Assembly (NCBI RefSeq): GCF_004010195.1
Contig: NC_057755.1
Location: 7,516,501-7,549,969 of the forward strand
Reading direction: 5' to 3'
Origin: Chiloscyllium plagiosum
Lineage: Eukaryota
Length of the DNA: 33,469 nt
Part shown: in pieces, positions 20,455-32,634 of the stretch
Position numbering within the stretch: position 1 is the first letter of the stretch
Layout of the letters: each line of letters starts with the position of its first letter
Made by a program: the position numbers and the translations under genes
The notes under the pieces: generated by a model
Databases searched by the model: none
Told to the model about the DNA's origin: nothing
The model's input: only the letters and a program-made list of their open reading frames with translations

Positions 20455-22652
20455 TTGTATAGCATCCAGAATGCCAGGAAACATCAGAATGGTTTTATCA
20501 AACAATAAAGACTCCGTTGTGGACCTACAGGCAATTCAATCCAGAGAATTTGGATAAAGGAATGCCATTTTTCCATTTTACTCAGTTTTTACGTATGCCC
20601 CGTATCAATCAACCACATTCAGTCCATTTGAAGTTCTCAAAACTTGGAATAAATTGTTGAGTTACGTTCCAAAGGAAACTCAACATGACCAGAGATAGTA
20701 CAATCGCATGGGGAGATATGTGGCACTAAACTGGGAAGTACTAAACTGATTGTGCATGATGTAGATATAGGAAGCGCTTTTCAAATTAAACAACATCTTT
20801 ACAGGCTTAACACACTTTGGATACCTCGTGGGGAGCTCCATCCAACGGCTATGTATGTACTGTAGAAAAATCAAAGCTGTTGCAAAATCCACTTTGTAAC
20901 CTATTACACAATGAAAAAAATGTATTTAGATAGGAGGACAAGCGACTTACATTTCTAAATGTTGACTTAATCTAAAGGATAATAACAGGTAACTTTATCT
21001 GAAAAAGTGAATGAAATTCCATCATTCATGCTCACCAAATGGACTTTAGCAATTTAAAATCAAGCAATTTGATATGAAAAATGCGCAAGTCACATTTCAA
21101 AGATTAACTATTAAGGTAATTCTGGAAATATTCAATTATGTGGTGTACAAAGACAAAGATAATCTGGTGATTTTCAATCATGGATGGAAAGAAAAATTTG
21201 GAGTATCCAGCGGAATTGTTCAATTAACGTCAGGAGACAAGTTTGCTGATAGACCTGACAAAGAGTCAGTTTGCAAATACCCAAGTCACATTTCTAGACT
21301 GTACCATTGGGCATCGATTCATAGCTCTCCAGGACTTGAGAACAACACTTATTAAAGAGTTCCCCACACCGATCATAAAGGTGTGAGTACTACAATTCCT
21401 GGAAATGAGTTACTGTTTTTACTGGAAATTTATTCTTAATTTTAACAGTACGGTTGCTCCACTGACTGTGGTTTTGAAGAAGTGCAGACATTTTCAGTGG
21501 ATGAATAAACATGAGGATGAATTTGAAAGCCTAAAATCTTATTTCCCACTGCCCTGAGTGAGCAACACCCAATTATGCAAAGCCATTCAAGATTACCATT
21601 GATGTGCATGACATGGGTGTTGTTATTATAATCTTACAAGAATATGGCAAAAAAGCATAGAGAAACCTATTGGCTATCTTTCCAAAAAAATTGAAATTTA
21701 TTAAAAGAAATATTCCACCATTGATAAAGAGACCTTATGTTGCCAGTGATGCATCGGAGTTGATTGTGTACCCTGATCATAACCTCTTAACAATTTTGTA
21801 TATATTAAGAACAAGGAAACCTGACTATTTAGATGAAGTTTTTTCTTTGTCACAGACATTCATTTTGATATATATTGCAGAATGGAAAATAATTACTGTC
21901 ACATCATGAGGACTTTAATGAAAGAATGCAGATGTGTTCAGTGACAGCAGGTATGGACTGATCAGTATGAACTATTTAACGTTTACATGCTTGGAGTTAG
22001 GGCTATATGCATTTTGCGTTGTTTCACTTGCAGGAAGGTGTAATCACAGTGGTGCCAAACTTTCTCCTTCGGACAGGCAATTAGCAAACAGCCCTCAAGT
22101 ACTTTTTTTCACACAATAACACTAATGATCCATTAATAGCTGGGCTCAGGGTTCAAACAAATCCAGGAAGGTGTTTTTAGTTTGGTAGTTAGCGAGAAAG
22201 TATCAGTGGGCTGCTGAGCCTTTGTCCCCGTTTGCTAGTGCAAAGTCGTTAACAGTGAGAATTCATCACAAAAATCAAAAAGGTTACATTGTAGCTTCCA
22301 TTTCGACTGGAGAGAGACAATACATGAGACCATTAACCATATTGATGAATTGTATTCCTGGCAAAAGTTGTGTTCAAAGGATGCACCCTTTCTTGCAACG
22401 GTTGAGGACCGGTAGTTTAATAATTCATTATCTTGTTAATCTCTTGCAGAGAGTACAATTCTTCTGAATCATTCTTTTCTTGTGTTTGAACATTGATATA
22501 GGAATCAAGCACGTTTTATTTAAAGCTTAATGGTGGAGCAATTGAATCATATCTGGAACAGAATACCTTATCTTTGTCTTTTAAAAATATGCAAATGAAT
22601 GTTTACAATATCTCCATAATATACTTTGGTGAGTCTTCTCTAACCCATAACA
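20455..22652 (+). mobile_element. Decayed Gmr1-like Ty3/gypsy LTR retrotransposon (IN-RT-RH order) with probable 3' LTR
   Basis: Integrase HPECQ..FYQTIK and STTFSPFEV (~20460-20635) precede RT RLCMYCRKIK, MKNAQVTFQRL..VY..DNLVIF (~21074) and RNase H KPFKITID, KPIGYLSKK, KYSTIDKE, VYPDHNLL (~21580-21790). Confidence 0.75.
22039..22652 (+). repeat. Probable 3' LTR of the Gmr1-like element
   Basis: TGTAAT...ATAACA termini, preceded by the purine run AGGAAGG (22032-22038). Confidence 0.5.
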
Positions 22653-22899
22653 CTCGACTCAGCGTCACATGATTCAGATGACCCCACCAGTATCTGATTT
22701 TTATTTTTTCTCTACTAGGTCATTTCAAGCTAATAGTCACAGTCTCAAGTTCCCTCAGTTTACCTTGTTTTCTTGTGAAATTTTATTTCTAGTCTTTTGA
22801 TTTCTATGTCCTAAGCTATCTTCATTTCCTTATTTAATTATAATTATACCTGAGTCTTTTTTTCTTCCCACGAATCTCTGTGCTCGGCCACTAAGAATG

Positions 22900-25800
22900 G
22901 CTACTAGGGAAAAGCCACTGTGGCGTGGATTATGGCTCAGAAGGGAAGAAGAGAAAATAGGAGAGTGATAGGAGATTCAATGGTGAGAGGAAGAAACAGA
23001 AGATTCTATGGTCGTGAACAAGACTTCCAGATGATATGTTGCCTCCCGGGTTCCAAGGTAAGAGATAAGTCAGATAGCGTCTACAGGATTCTTTGGGGAG
23101 TGGGGCGGGGGGAGGGGGGAGTTGGGTGGGGATGCGGGAGCAGCCAGAAAACATGTTACACTTTAGTTCCAATGACACAGCAAGGAAAACGGATTAGGGC
23201 ATTAAAAGAGAACATAGGGAATTAGTTTGGAAGCTAGAAGGAGGACAAGAAGAAGAAGAATCTCAGGATTGTTACCAGTGCCACGGGATAAGTGAGGCGT
23301 GGAACAGAGAGCAAATGCAATTGAACACGTTGCTGCTGGGCTGGTGGAGGAGTGAGAGCTTCAGATATGTGGATGTTTGGAATGACGTCTGGGGAAGGTG
23401 GGACCTGTAAAAGAAGGACGAGTTGCACATGAACTGGAGGGGCACCAATATCGTGGGCAGGCGGGTTGGTCGAGCTCATTGGCAGTAATTGAACGGAATT
23501 GGCAGTGTGGTGGTACGGATTTGGCAGAACCGGAGGTACGGAGCAGTGGAATGAATAGGAATTGTTCAGCCAGATGCAGCATGCAGAGGGTCTGTGATGG
23601 AGAGATAACATTTGACAGGACAAATTTGCAGTCAGTATGATGGGCTGAAATGAGTCTATTTTAACGCAAGTAGTATCAGGAATAAGGGTGACGAGTTCAG
23701 ATCATGGAGCAGTACTTGGAACCATGATGCTGTGGCCATTATGGAGACTTGATATCACAAGTGGGGAGCGGCATTGCTAATCAGGTATTGTATCACAGCT
23801 ACAGAAAGGAATGTTACCAAGGAGGGTTTGTCTGCAGAGTCTGCATGAATGGCAGTCAGAAACCTGAAAGGAGCAGTCATTTTATGGGGAGATTTCTGCA
23901 GACCACCCAAAAACAACAAAAACACGGAGGAGTGGAGTGGGAGGCAGATTTTGGAAAGTTGCAGAAGTAACAGGATTGTTGTCATGGGCGTTTTTAACTT
24001 CCCAGTTATTGATTGGAATCTTCTTAGTTCAAATGATCTGGTACCCCTCCAGTGCTTGTAACGTGTGTCCATGAAGGGTTCTTGACTCAACAGGTAGATA
24101 GCCCAACTCCAAGGGAGGCCATATTTGATTTGGTGTATGGCAACGAACCAGGCCAGGTGTCAAATCTTCGATTGGAGAACTTTTCGATGATAGGGATCAC
24201 AATTCCCTGACCTTTACCACACTCATGGAGAGGGATACGAGCAGACCATATTGGACAGTATTTAATTGGGAAAGGGGAATTAAATCGCTATTCGACAGGA
24301 ATTGGGGCACCAAATTGGGAACAGATGTTCGCCATAAAATGCATAACAAAAATATGGTATCGATTACTTACAGTGTGGAAACAGGCCCTTCAGCCCAACA
24401 AGTCCACACTGACCCGCCAAAGCACAACCCAATCAAACCCATTCCCCTACACTTACCCCTTCACCTAACACTATGGGCAATTTAGCTTGGCCAATTTACC
24501 TAACCTGCACATTTTTTGGACTGTGGGAGGAGACCAGAGCTCCCAGACGAAACCCACGCAGACACGGAGAGAATGTGCAAACTCCACACAATCAGTCACC
24601 TGAGGCGGCAATTGAACCTGGGTCTCTGGTGCTGTGAGGCAGCAGTGCTAACCACTGTGCCACTTGCTGGTAGTGCTTGATAGGTTTGTCCCACTGAGGT
24701 AAGGAAGGCATGTTCGGGTGAAGGAACATTGAGTGACAAGAAATGTAGAACTTCTGGTAAAGAGGAAGAAGGCAGCTTACTCAAGGCTGAGGAGGCAAGG
24801 ATCAGGCAGGGCTTTAGTGGGATAAAAGGTGGCAGGGAAGATATTGAAGAATTGCCTTAGGCGACACACACAGAGGCAAAAAAAAATGATTTGGTAGAGT
24901 GGATTGAGGAGAATCCCAAAGAATTCTACACTTATGTGAGGAGCAGGGGGATAGCCAGAGTAAAGATAGCGCCATTCAGGGACAGTGGTTGGAACTTGTG
25001 CCTGGAGTCAGAAGAGGTAAGTGATGTCCTTTGGGAATACTTTGGCTTCAGTATTCACGACTGAGAGGGGGGTATTGTTTATAAGGACAGCGTGAAACCG
25101 GCTGATAATCTCGAACAGGTTGTTCATAAGAACGATCATGTGCTGAAAAGTTTGAACCATATAAGGATAGATACGCCTCCTTGGTCAGACGGGATATACC
25201 CTGGATTACGACAGGAAGCAAAAGAAGTTATTTCTGTGCCTTTGGCGAGGATCTTTGCATCATCAGTGTCCACTGGATTAGTGCCAGATGATTTGTGTGT
25301 GTCAAATATTATTCCTTTGTTCAAGAAACGGAATCTGGACAATGCTGAGAATGTCAGACCAGTCAGTCTTAAGTCTGGGACAGGTAAAGCATTGGAAAGG
25401 ATTTATGATTATTTGAAAAACGGGAGTTTGATTAGACATAGTCAGAATGGGTTTTTGAGGAGGACGCCAGGTCTCACAAAACTTACTGAATTCTTTGAGG
25501 ATGTGACAAAAGATATTGATGAAGAAAAAGCAGTGGATGTGGCATGCAAGGATTTCAGCAAAGCTTTTGATAAAGTTCCCCATAGCAGGCTCATTCAGAG
25601 GTAAGGAGGCACAGGATACAGGGAAATCTGGCTGTCTCAAGACAGAATTGATTGTTTCATAAAAGACAGAGAGTGGTCTTAAATGGATACTATTCTGCTT
25701 GGAGCTTGGTAAACAGGGGTGTTTCTTTGGTATCTCTTCTGGGACATCGTCTCTTAATTTTTATGAATGATCTAGATTAAAAAGTGGACGTGTGGGCAAG

Positions 25801-26306
25801 TACTTTTGCCGATGACACAACATTTGGAGAAGTTGTCGATAGCGCAGAGGGTTGTTGTCATTTGGAATGTGATGTTGACAGGATACAGATCTGGGCTGAT
25901 AAGTGGCAGATGGAGTTCAACGTAGAAAAGTGTCAAGTGAAGGTCGAATTTGAATGCAGAATACAGGGTTAACGGCAGGATTTTTTGCAGCATTAAGGAA
26001 CACATGGATCTTGGATTCCATGTCCATAGATCCCACAAAGTTGGCACTCAAATTGATTGGGTTGTAAAGGCAGCATATGGTCTGTTGGATTTCATAGCAG
26101 CGGACTGAATTTTGGAGCCATGAGGTTATGCTGCAGCTCTATAGAGCCCTGGTTAGAAAACACTTAGAATATTGCATTCAGTCCTGGTAGCAACAATATA
26201 GAAAAGATTTGGAAGATTTAGAGAAGGTGCAGAGGAACTTTACTAGGATGTTGCCAGGACTGGAGGGCATGTCTTATGAAGAAGAGTTGAGGGAGCTAGG
26301 ACAGTT
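22900..26306 (+). mobile_element. Decayed CR1 LINE (copy G): ORF1 esterase half and most of ORF2
   Basis: VIGDSMVRG..CCLPG, VVMGVFNFP, SQNGFLR..LTEFFEDVT..DFSKAFDKVPH, FADDTT. Confidence 0.85.
24362..24663 (-). mobile_element. HE1-like V-SINE
   Basis: Reverse complement has GTGGCACAGTGGTTAGCACT A box, GGTTCAATT B box, V core and tail. Confidence 0.9.
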
Positions 26307-26319
26307 CTCACTGAAAGAT

Positions 26320-26466
26320 CTTTTTTTGGATTAGTGGTGCTGGAAGAGCACAGCAGTTCAGGCAGCATCCGAGGAGCAGCTCCTCGGATGCTGCCTGAAC
26401 TGCTGTGCTCTTCCAGCACCACTAATCCAAAATCTGGTTTCCAGCATCTGCAGTCATTGCTTTTAC
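26320..26466. mobile_element. Foldback element with perfect 54-bp arms and deleted hammerhead core
   Basis: Arms 26324-26377 and 26379-26432 with a 1-nt spacer. Flanked by ctcact(g/c)aaagat at 26307-26319 and 26467-26479. Confidence 0.85.
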
Positions 26467-26474
26467 CTCACTCA

Positions 26475-26810
26475 AAGATTAGACTGGTGCTGGAAAAGCA
26501 CAACAGGTTAGACAGCATTTGAGAAGCAGGAAAATCGACGTTTTGGACAAAAGCCCTTCATCAAGAATGGAGGCAGGGAGACTCCAGGGTGGAGAGATGA
26601 ATGGGAGGGTGTGGGGCTGGGGAGAAGGTAGCAAACAGTAGAATAGATGGATAGGTGTCAGGATGAAGGTGATGTGTCAGAAAGGAGGGTGGAGCGGATA
26701 GGGGGAAGGACGATTGGCAGGTAGGACTGGTCCTGAGGATGGTGCTGAGCTGTAAGTTTGGAACTGGGGTAAGATGGGGGAGGGGAATGAGGAAACTGGT
26801 GAAGTCCCCT
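26475..26810 (-). mobile_element. Longer non-palindromic 3' end of the family A PLE with degenerate hammerhead
   Basis: Minus strand TTGATGAAGGGCTTTTGTCCAAAACGTC at 26537-26564; same downstream tail as the foldbacks; ~245 bp of upstream pyrimidine-rich sequence. Confidence 0.7.
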
Positions 26811-26814
26811 CTAT

Positions 26815-28620
26815 CTCTACTGTCCACCTTATTACAGGACAGTGTGCGATATTTTCTACAGCCAAATGGAGAGGGGAAGGATTCTTGAATATCTAAATCT
26901 GGATTTTATAAGTGATTTCCCTTGCTGAGCCTTCATACCCAAAGTTCATACTCTTTCTTCTGCTCTAAACATGTGAAAAATTTCTCTTCCAAAGTCTTTG
27001 TTTCCAAAAGCTGCTCATTCTGCTCTCTGGCAGCCCCCTGTTCGTAATTGTTGCCTGAAAAGTTTTTCTCAATCTCCCCTACAATTCCAGCCGTAACATT
27101 TCTACCTCCTGTTCTCTCCTCAATACTGTTAGGATTTACCCTTAGGTCTGTAATTCTTAATTAACCTTCACACATTTATATCAAAAGTACCCTCCGATGA
27201 CCTTTGAGTTAATAAATCCTGATATTCTTTCCAATTTTTCAGAAATTTTTTACAAACTCCCGTTTTACTACTGGAAAATCCTTAACAAAAATTCCAACTG
27301 CACCCCCATCATTCCTGACATATATTTCAATCCATCTAATCTATTACTTTTGGTCTCACAATTCACTCCCTTATGCCATACAAGTCCAGTCACGCTTCTT
27401 ATAAATAAACCTTACTCTACAACTCGCAATCGTCCCGGACCAATCTAACATTCCCAAAACTTGCTAAATATTAACTAATTAACAAAAACAATCTATTCTC
27501 AATCATTTTGCCGAATCCATTCTAAGACTGCATCTGCAGAATGCACTAATCACTGATAGTTTTTTTGAAACGTTTTTCAAGGAATTCTTAACGTGCAAAA
27601 CAAAACACCCCCAGATTTTGAACTTCAGGGAGAGAAAACAAACATTTAATCAACAAACAATTATGCATACAAACCAGGTCAAATGGTTAAACCAGAGTCT
27701 CTCTCTCTCACACACACAGAGCCTTGCCTAAACAGATGCTTTGTTCTTTTCTACAAAAAAATACAATCTAATTGTCATAAAGGCCTTGTCTTAAACTTTC
27801 AACAGTCGAGTTATACTTTTACACTGACAATTCACTACTATTTAAATTTTAGTCATCAGCTGCCGGCTTTTAATTTCATCCAAAATCACTCACACGACAC
27901 AGCCCTGTCCGAGCAGATCGCCACGCAATCGGCAACACCCATGCATGACTCGTGAATTGATAAACAAGGGATTTACTAACACGACCTGGAATTTTGTCTC
28001 AATCTCTTTATTCCATACTACTCACACCCTGTGCAATTCTCATCAACAAACCTTTGCGTCCCCTCAAACTTTAGTTTACCATCAAACTTTCTGGTTCTTT
28101 GGATCAGACAGACCCAACAGCAGCTTTCTTTGCACTTCTGTGCTCCCGAGAATCTCCCTTATTTGACAGAATTAGCTGCAAACCGCTTACCTTCCTTTTG
28201 TGGGTGGCCGGCCCTTTTATTCCCTCTGTGTCAGGAGAGCATTCGGTTCAACTGGGAAGTGCCCTGCAGCTGCTTTCCAGAGAAAAAGGTCTCTTCCCGG
28301 TCTCATCTGGGGTGCCACATCTGTTGGGGAAGAAGCACTCGACGTTAAAAGAAAATACAAGGAGAAACAGAAAATCCTTCACGAAGTCAAAATTTAATCT
28401 TGCAAAATCAAAACTGTGGGAAGCAGCAAAATGTCTTTCCTAGTTCCCCACAAAATCAATATTCTCCTGTAACTTATACAGTTGCTCTTATCTGATATCA
28501 TTAGCATAGCTAATCATGCTGGCTTGTTTTGGCTTTCTAAACTAATCATCGTCTGCCACATTGGTTCCCTCCATTACACTTAACCTTTCACATTCCAACA
28601 CCATAATCTTCAGCATTAGC
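26815..28620 (-). mobile_element. Possible LTR element: non-coding 3' internal region, PPT and start of 3' LTR
   Basis: Minus strand GAGGAGAGAACAGGAGGTAGAAA followed immediately by TGTTACGG at 27098. No coding motifs recognised. Confidence 0.35.
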
Positions 28621-28655
28621 TCACCTCCTGGTGATTTAATTCACCTATCACAATA

Positions 28656-28750
28656 GAAGTTGGTGGGAAGATTTGTAGCTCGAGTGCTGGTTGTTGTGGT
28701 TCTGTTCGCCGAGCTGGGAATTTGTGTTGCAGACGTTTCAATCCCTGTCT
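28656..28750 (-). mobile_element. ~95-bp PLE 3' tail (family B) truncated within hammerhead stem II
   Basis: Reverse complement agacagggattgaaacgtctgcaacacaaattcccagctcggcgaacagaaccac...gagctacaaatctt aligns with 19997-20090. Confidence 0.85.
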
Positions 28751-28783
28751 CCTGTCAGATGTGGCGCCTCTGACATCCCCTCT

Positions 28784-30235
28784 CTACTTTCCGCCAAACA
28801 GGTTAAAACTATGACCCCTCGTGTTAACAATTTCTGCCCTGGGAAAAAGTTTCTGGTTATCAACTCTATCTATGCCTCTCATTATCTTGTACACCTCAAT
28901 TTGGTCCCCTCTCTTCCTTCTTTTTTCCAATGATAAACTTCTGAGCTCAGTCAACCTCTCTTTGTAAGAAAAGCCCTTCTTTCCAGGCAGCATCCTGGTA
29001 AACCTCCCCTGAACCCTCTCCAAAGCATTCACATCTTTCCTGTAATAGGGCGACCAGAACTGGACACAATATTCCAAGTGCGGTCTAACCAAAGTTTTAT
29101 GGAGCTGCAACAAGATCTTACGGCTCTTAAACGCAATCCCCCTGTTAATGAAAGCCAAAACACCATATGCTTTCTTAACAACCCTGTCAAATTGAATGGC
29201 AATTTTAAGGGATCTATGTGCCTGCACACGAAGATCCCTCTGTTCCTCCACACTGCCAAGAATCCTATCCTTAATCCTGTACTCAACTTTCAAGTTCGAC
29301 CTTCCAAAATACATCACCTCGCATTTATCCAGGTTTAACTCCATCTGCCACCTCTCAGCCCATCTCTGCATCCTGTCAATGTCATGCTGCAGCTGACAAC
29401 AGTCCTGTATACTGTCAACTACACCTCCAACCTTTGTGTCGTCTGCAAACCTGCTGACCCATCCTTCAATCTCCTCACCCAAGACATTAATAAAAATTAC
29501 AAACAGTAGAGACCCAAGAACAGAGCCCTGTGGAACACCACTCACTACAGACTTCCAGGCAGAATACTTTCCTTCCACTACCACTCGCTGTCTTCTGTCA
29601 ACCAGCCAATTCTGTATCCAGACTGCTACATTCCCTGTATCCCATTCCTCCTAACCTTCTGAATGAGCCTACCATGGAGAACCTTATCAAATGACGTTCT
29701 GAAGTCCTTATTCACAACATCCACTGCTCGACCCTCATCAACTTTTCTGGTAACATCCTCAAAGAACTCGATAAGGTTTGTGAGGCATTACCTGCTCCTC
29801 ACAAAGCCGTGTTGACTTCCTTTAATCAAGCCATGCTCTTCCAGATCGTCATAAATTCTATCCCTCACAATCCTTTCTAACACCTTGCAGATGAAAGACG
29901 TGAGACTGACTGGTCTGTAATTGCTGGGGATTCCTCTATTTCCTTTCTTGAAGAGAGGAATTACATTTGCCTCCCTCCAGTCCTGAGGTATGACTCCGGT
30001 AGAGAGCGATGATGCAAAGATCTTCACAAGCGGCGAAGCAATCACATTTCTCGCTTCCCAAAGCAGCCGAAGACAAATCTGGTCTGACTCTGGCAACTTG
30101 TCAATCTTAATGTTTGTCAAACTTTTCAACACATCAACTTCCTCAATCTCAATCTGTTCCAGCATGCACACCTGCTCCTCAATGGTTTCATTCACTACCA
30201 GGTTCTTTACTTTAGTAAAGACAGATGCAAAAAAA
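28784..30235 (-). mobile_element. CR1 LINE ORF2 fragment (copy H), best-preserved RT in the window
   Basis: ORF 28784-29584 (266 aa) GVPQGSVLG..FADDTK..RPHLEYCVQFWSP..TRGH; ORF 29788-30195 NYRPVSLTS..SQHGF. Confidence 0.92.
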
Positions 30236-30239
30236 AACT

Positions 30240-32190
30240 CATTTAGGGCTTCCCCTACCTCCTCATACCTCTCATGACTTTGTAGGTACCCCCTTCAACC
30301 TCTGTCTTTCTAATGAAATGAATGAATCTACACAGTGTCTCTTCATAGATAGCACCCTCCATACCAGGCAACATCCTGGTGAACCGCCTCTGCACCCTCT
30401 CCAAAGGATCCACATCCTTTTGGTAATGTGGCGACCAGAACTGTACACAGTATTCCAAATGTGGTCAAACCAAAGTCTCATACAACTGTAATATGACCTG
30501 CTACCTCTTGTACTAAAATCCCTGTCCGATGAAGGACAGCATACTGTATGCCTTCTTGACCACTCTACTGACCTGATTTGCTACGTTCAGGGAAAAATGG
30601 ACCTTGAACATCCAGATTTCTCTGTACATCAATCTTACACAGGACTTTTCCATTTACTGTAAAGTAGCTTTTGAATTAAATCTTCCAAAATACATCACCT
30701 CGCTTTTGCCCGGACACTCTGACAGATCCCTTCACAATCTGCTACTCCACCAACCTTAGTGACATCTGCAAACTTGCTAATCAGGGCACCTACACCTTCC
30801 TTCAAATCATTTATGTGTATCACAAACGACAGTGCTGCCATCACAGATCCTTGTGGTCTCCATTTTGAGAAACTCTCTTCCACTGCTACTGTCTGTCTCC
30901 TGTTGTCGAGCAAGCTCTGGACCCCATGCAACATCACCTTTTCATCAGACTACCGTGGGGAACCTTATCTAACACCTTACCAAAGACCATGTATATGACA
31001 TCTATAGCCCATCCCTCATGAATCAACTTCGTCACTCCTTCTAAGAATTCTATTAGGTTGGTAAAGCATGACCTTCCCTGCACAAAGTCATCTTGCCTAC
31101 CACTGATAAGTTCATTTTCTTCCAAATGGGAATAGATGCTATCCTTCAGTATCTTCTCCAGCAGGTTTCCTACCACTGACGTCATCCTCACCGGTCTATA
31201 ATTACCTGGATTATCCCTGCTACACTTCTTAAACAAGGGGACAACATCAGTAAATCAGCTGCACTGTGGCTCAGTGGTTAGCACTGCAGCCCCACAGCAT
31301 CAGGATCCCAGGTTCGATTCCAGCTTCAGGCGACTGTCTGTGTGGAGTTTGCACATTCTCCCCGTGTCTGCGTGGGTTTCCTCCGGGCGCTCCGGTTTCC
31401 TCCCACAGTTCAAAATGTGTAGGTCTGGTGAATTGGTCATGGTAAATTGCCCACTGTGTTAGGTATATTCGTCAGAGGGAAATGGGTCTGGGTGGGTTGC
31501 GCTTCGTAGGGTCGGTGTGGACTGGTTGGGCTGAAGGGCCTGTTTCCACACTGTAAGGAATCTAATCCAGTCCTGCGGGACCTCCCCTGTGTTTAAGTAT
31601 GCTGCAAATTTTTCTGTTAATTCCCCCAGCTATTTCCTGTCTCACTTCCCTTAGTAACCTGGGATAGATCCCATTGGGATCTTGGGACTTTAATACCTTT
31701 TAGAATACCTAACACCTCCCCACTCCTTTTGCTGACTTGACCTACAGTAATCAAATATCTGTCACTAACCTCAACATCCCTCGCCTCGGTGAACACCGTT
31801 ACAAAGTACTCATTCAGAATCTTGCCCATTTTCTCTGAATCGACAAATAACTTTTCTCCTTTGTCCTTCAGTGGGCCAACTCTTTTTCTAGTTCCTCTTG
31901 CTCCATATATATGAATCAAAGGCTTTGGGCTTTTCATTTACCCGGTTTGCGAAAGATATCTCATGACCCCCTTTCTCCCTCTTAGTTCCACGTTTCAGTG
32001 TGGTCCTACATTCCTGACATTCTTCCGAAGCTTCGTCTGTCTTCATTCGCCTAGACCTTATGCATGCCTCACTTTTCCTCTTTGCTAGTCTCACAATGTC
32101 ACCTGTCATCCATGGTCCCTAATCTTGCAATTTCTATTTCTCATTTTCACAGGAACATGTCTCTCCTGAACTCTAATCAACCTCTCTTTA
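30240..32190 (-). mobile_element. CR1 LINE ORF2 fragment (copy I), interrupted by a SINE
   Basis: EYCVQFWSPHY, PQGSV..FADVTK, NPGNYRPVRMTSVVG, RVGPLKDK. Confidence 0.88.
31258..31567 (+). mobile_element. HE1-like V-SINE
   Basis: TGGCTCAGTGG A box, GGTTCGATTCC B box, V core, gggcctgtttccacactgta tail. Confidence 0.92.
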
Positions 32191-32191
32191 A

Positions 32192-32400
32192 AAGCAATAA
32201 CAGAAATTGCTGGAAAAGCTTCACAAGTCCGTCAGCATTTATGGAGAGAAATCAGGTTTAACGTTTGGAGTTGAGTGACCCTTCCTCAGTGGTTTCTTTG
32301 CACAGTTTATTTTCCCACCGATGCCGTCTGTCCAACTGAGATTTCCCAGAAATGTCTGTTTTTGTGTCTGATTTACTGCACTTGCACTTCTTTCGATTTC
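32192..32400. mobile_element. Old degenerate foldback element with hammerhead remnant (family C)
   Basis: Arms acagaaattgctggaaaagct..cagcat and gatgccg..agatttcccagaaatgtctgt. Minus core CTGAGGA-A-GGGTCACTCAACTCC-AAA-CGTT at 32260-32289. Confidence 0.6.
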
Positions 32401-32634
32401 TACAAGATACCAACTTCAGATACTGAGGTCAAAGAGGGAAAGTAAGTTGCTACTCATAGACTTTGTGTCTCCTTCAGAGGAACAGGTTTATCGATTACTG
32501 CGGAGAGGCCAGATAAATTGAATGTGCTCTAGTTAAGAAAGCGACCATTGTGCATTGGGGTCGAGTGGGATTGTTAAGGGCGGGTGGAGGAGGAGTGGGA
32601 GATCTGGTGATGATTGCCCCACAGTGGCTTACGG

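Noticed and set aside
26324..26432. pre-miRNA or transcription terminator hairpin
   Set aside because: Derived from a repeat, with perfect arms and a 1-nt loop. There is no expression evidence, and the context is eukaryotic.
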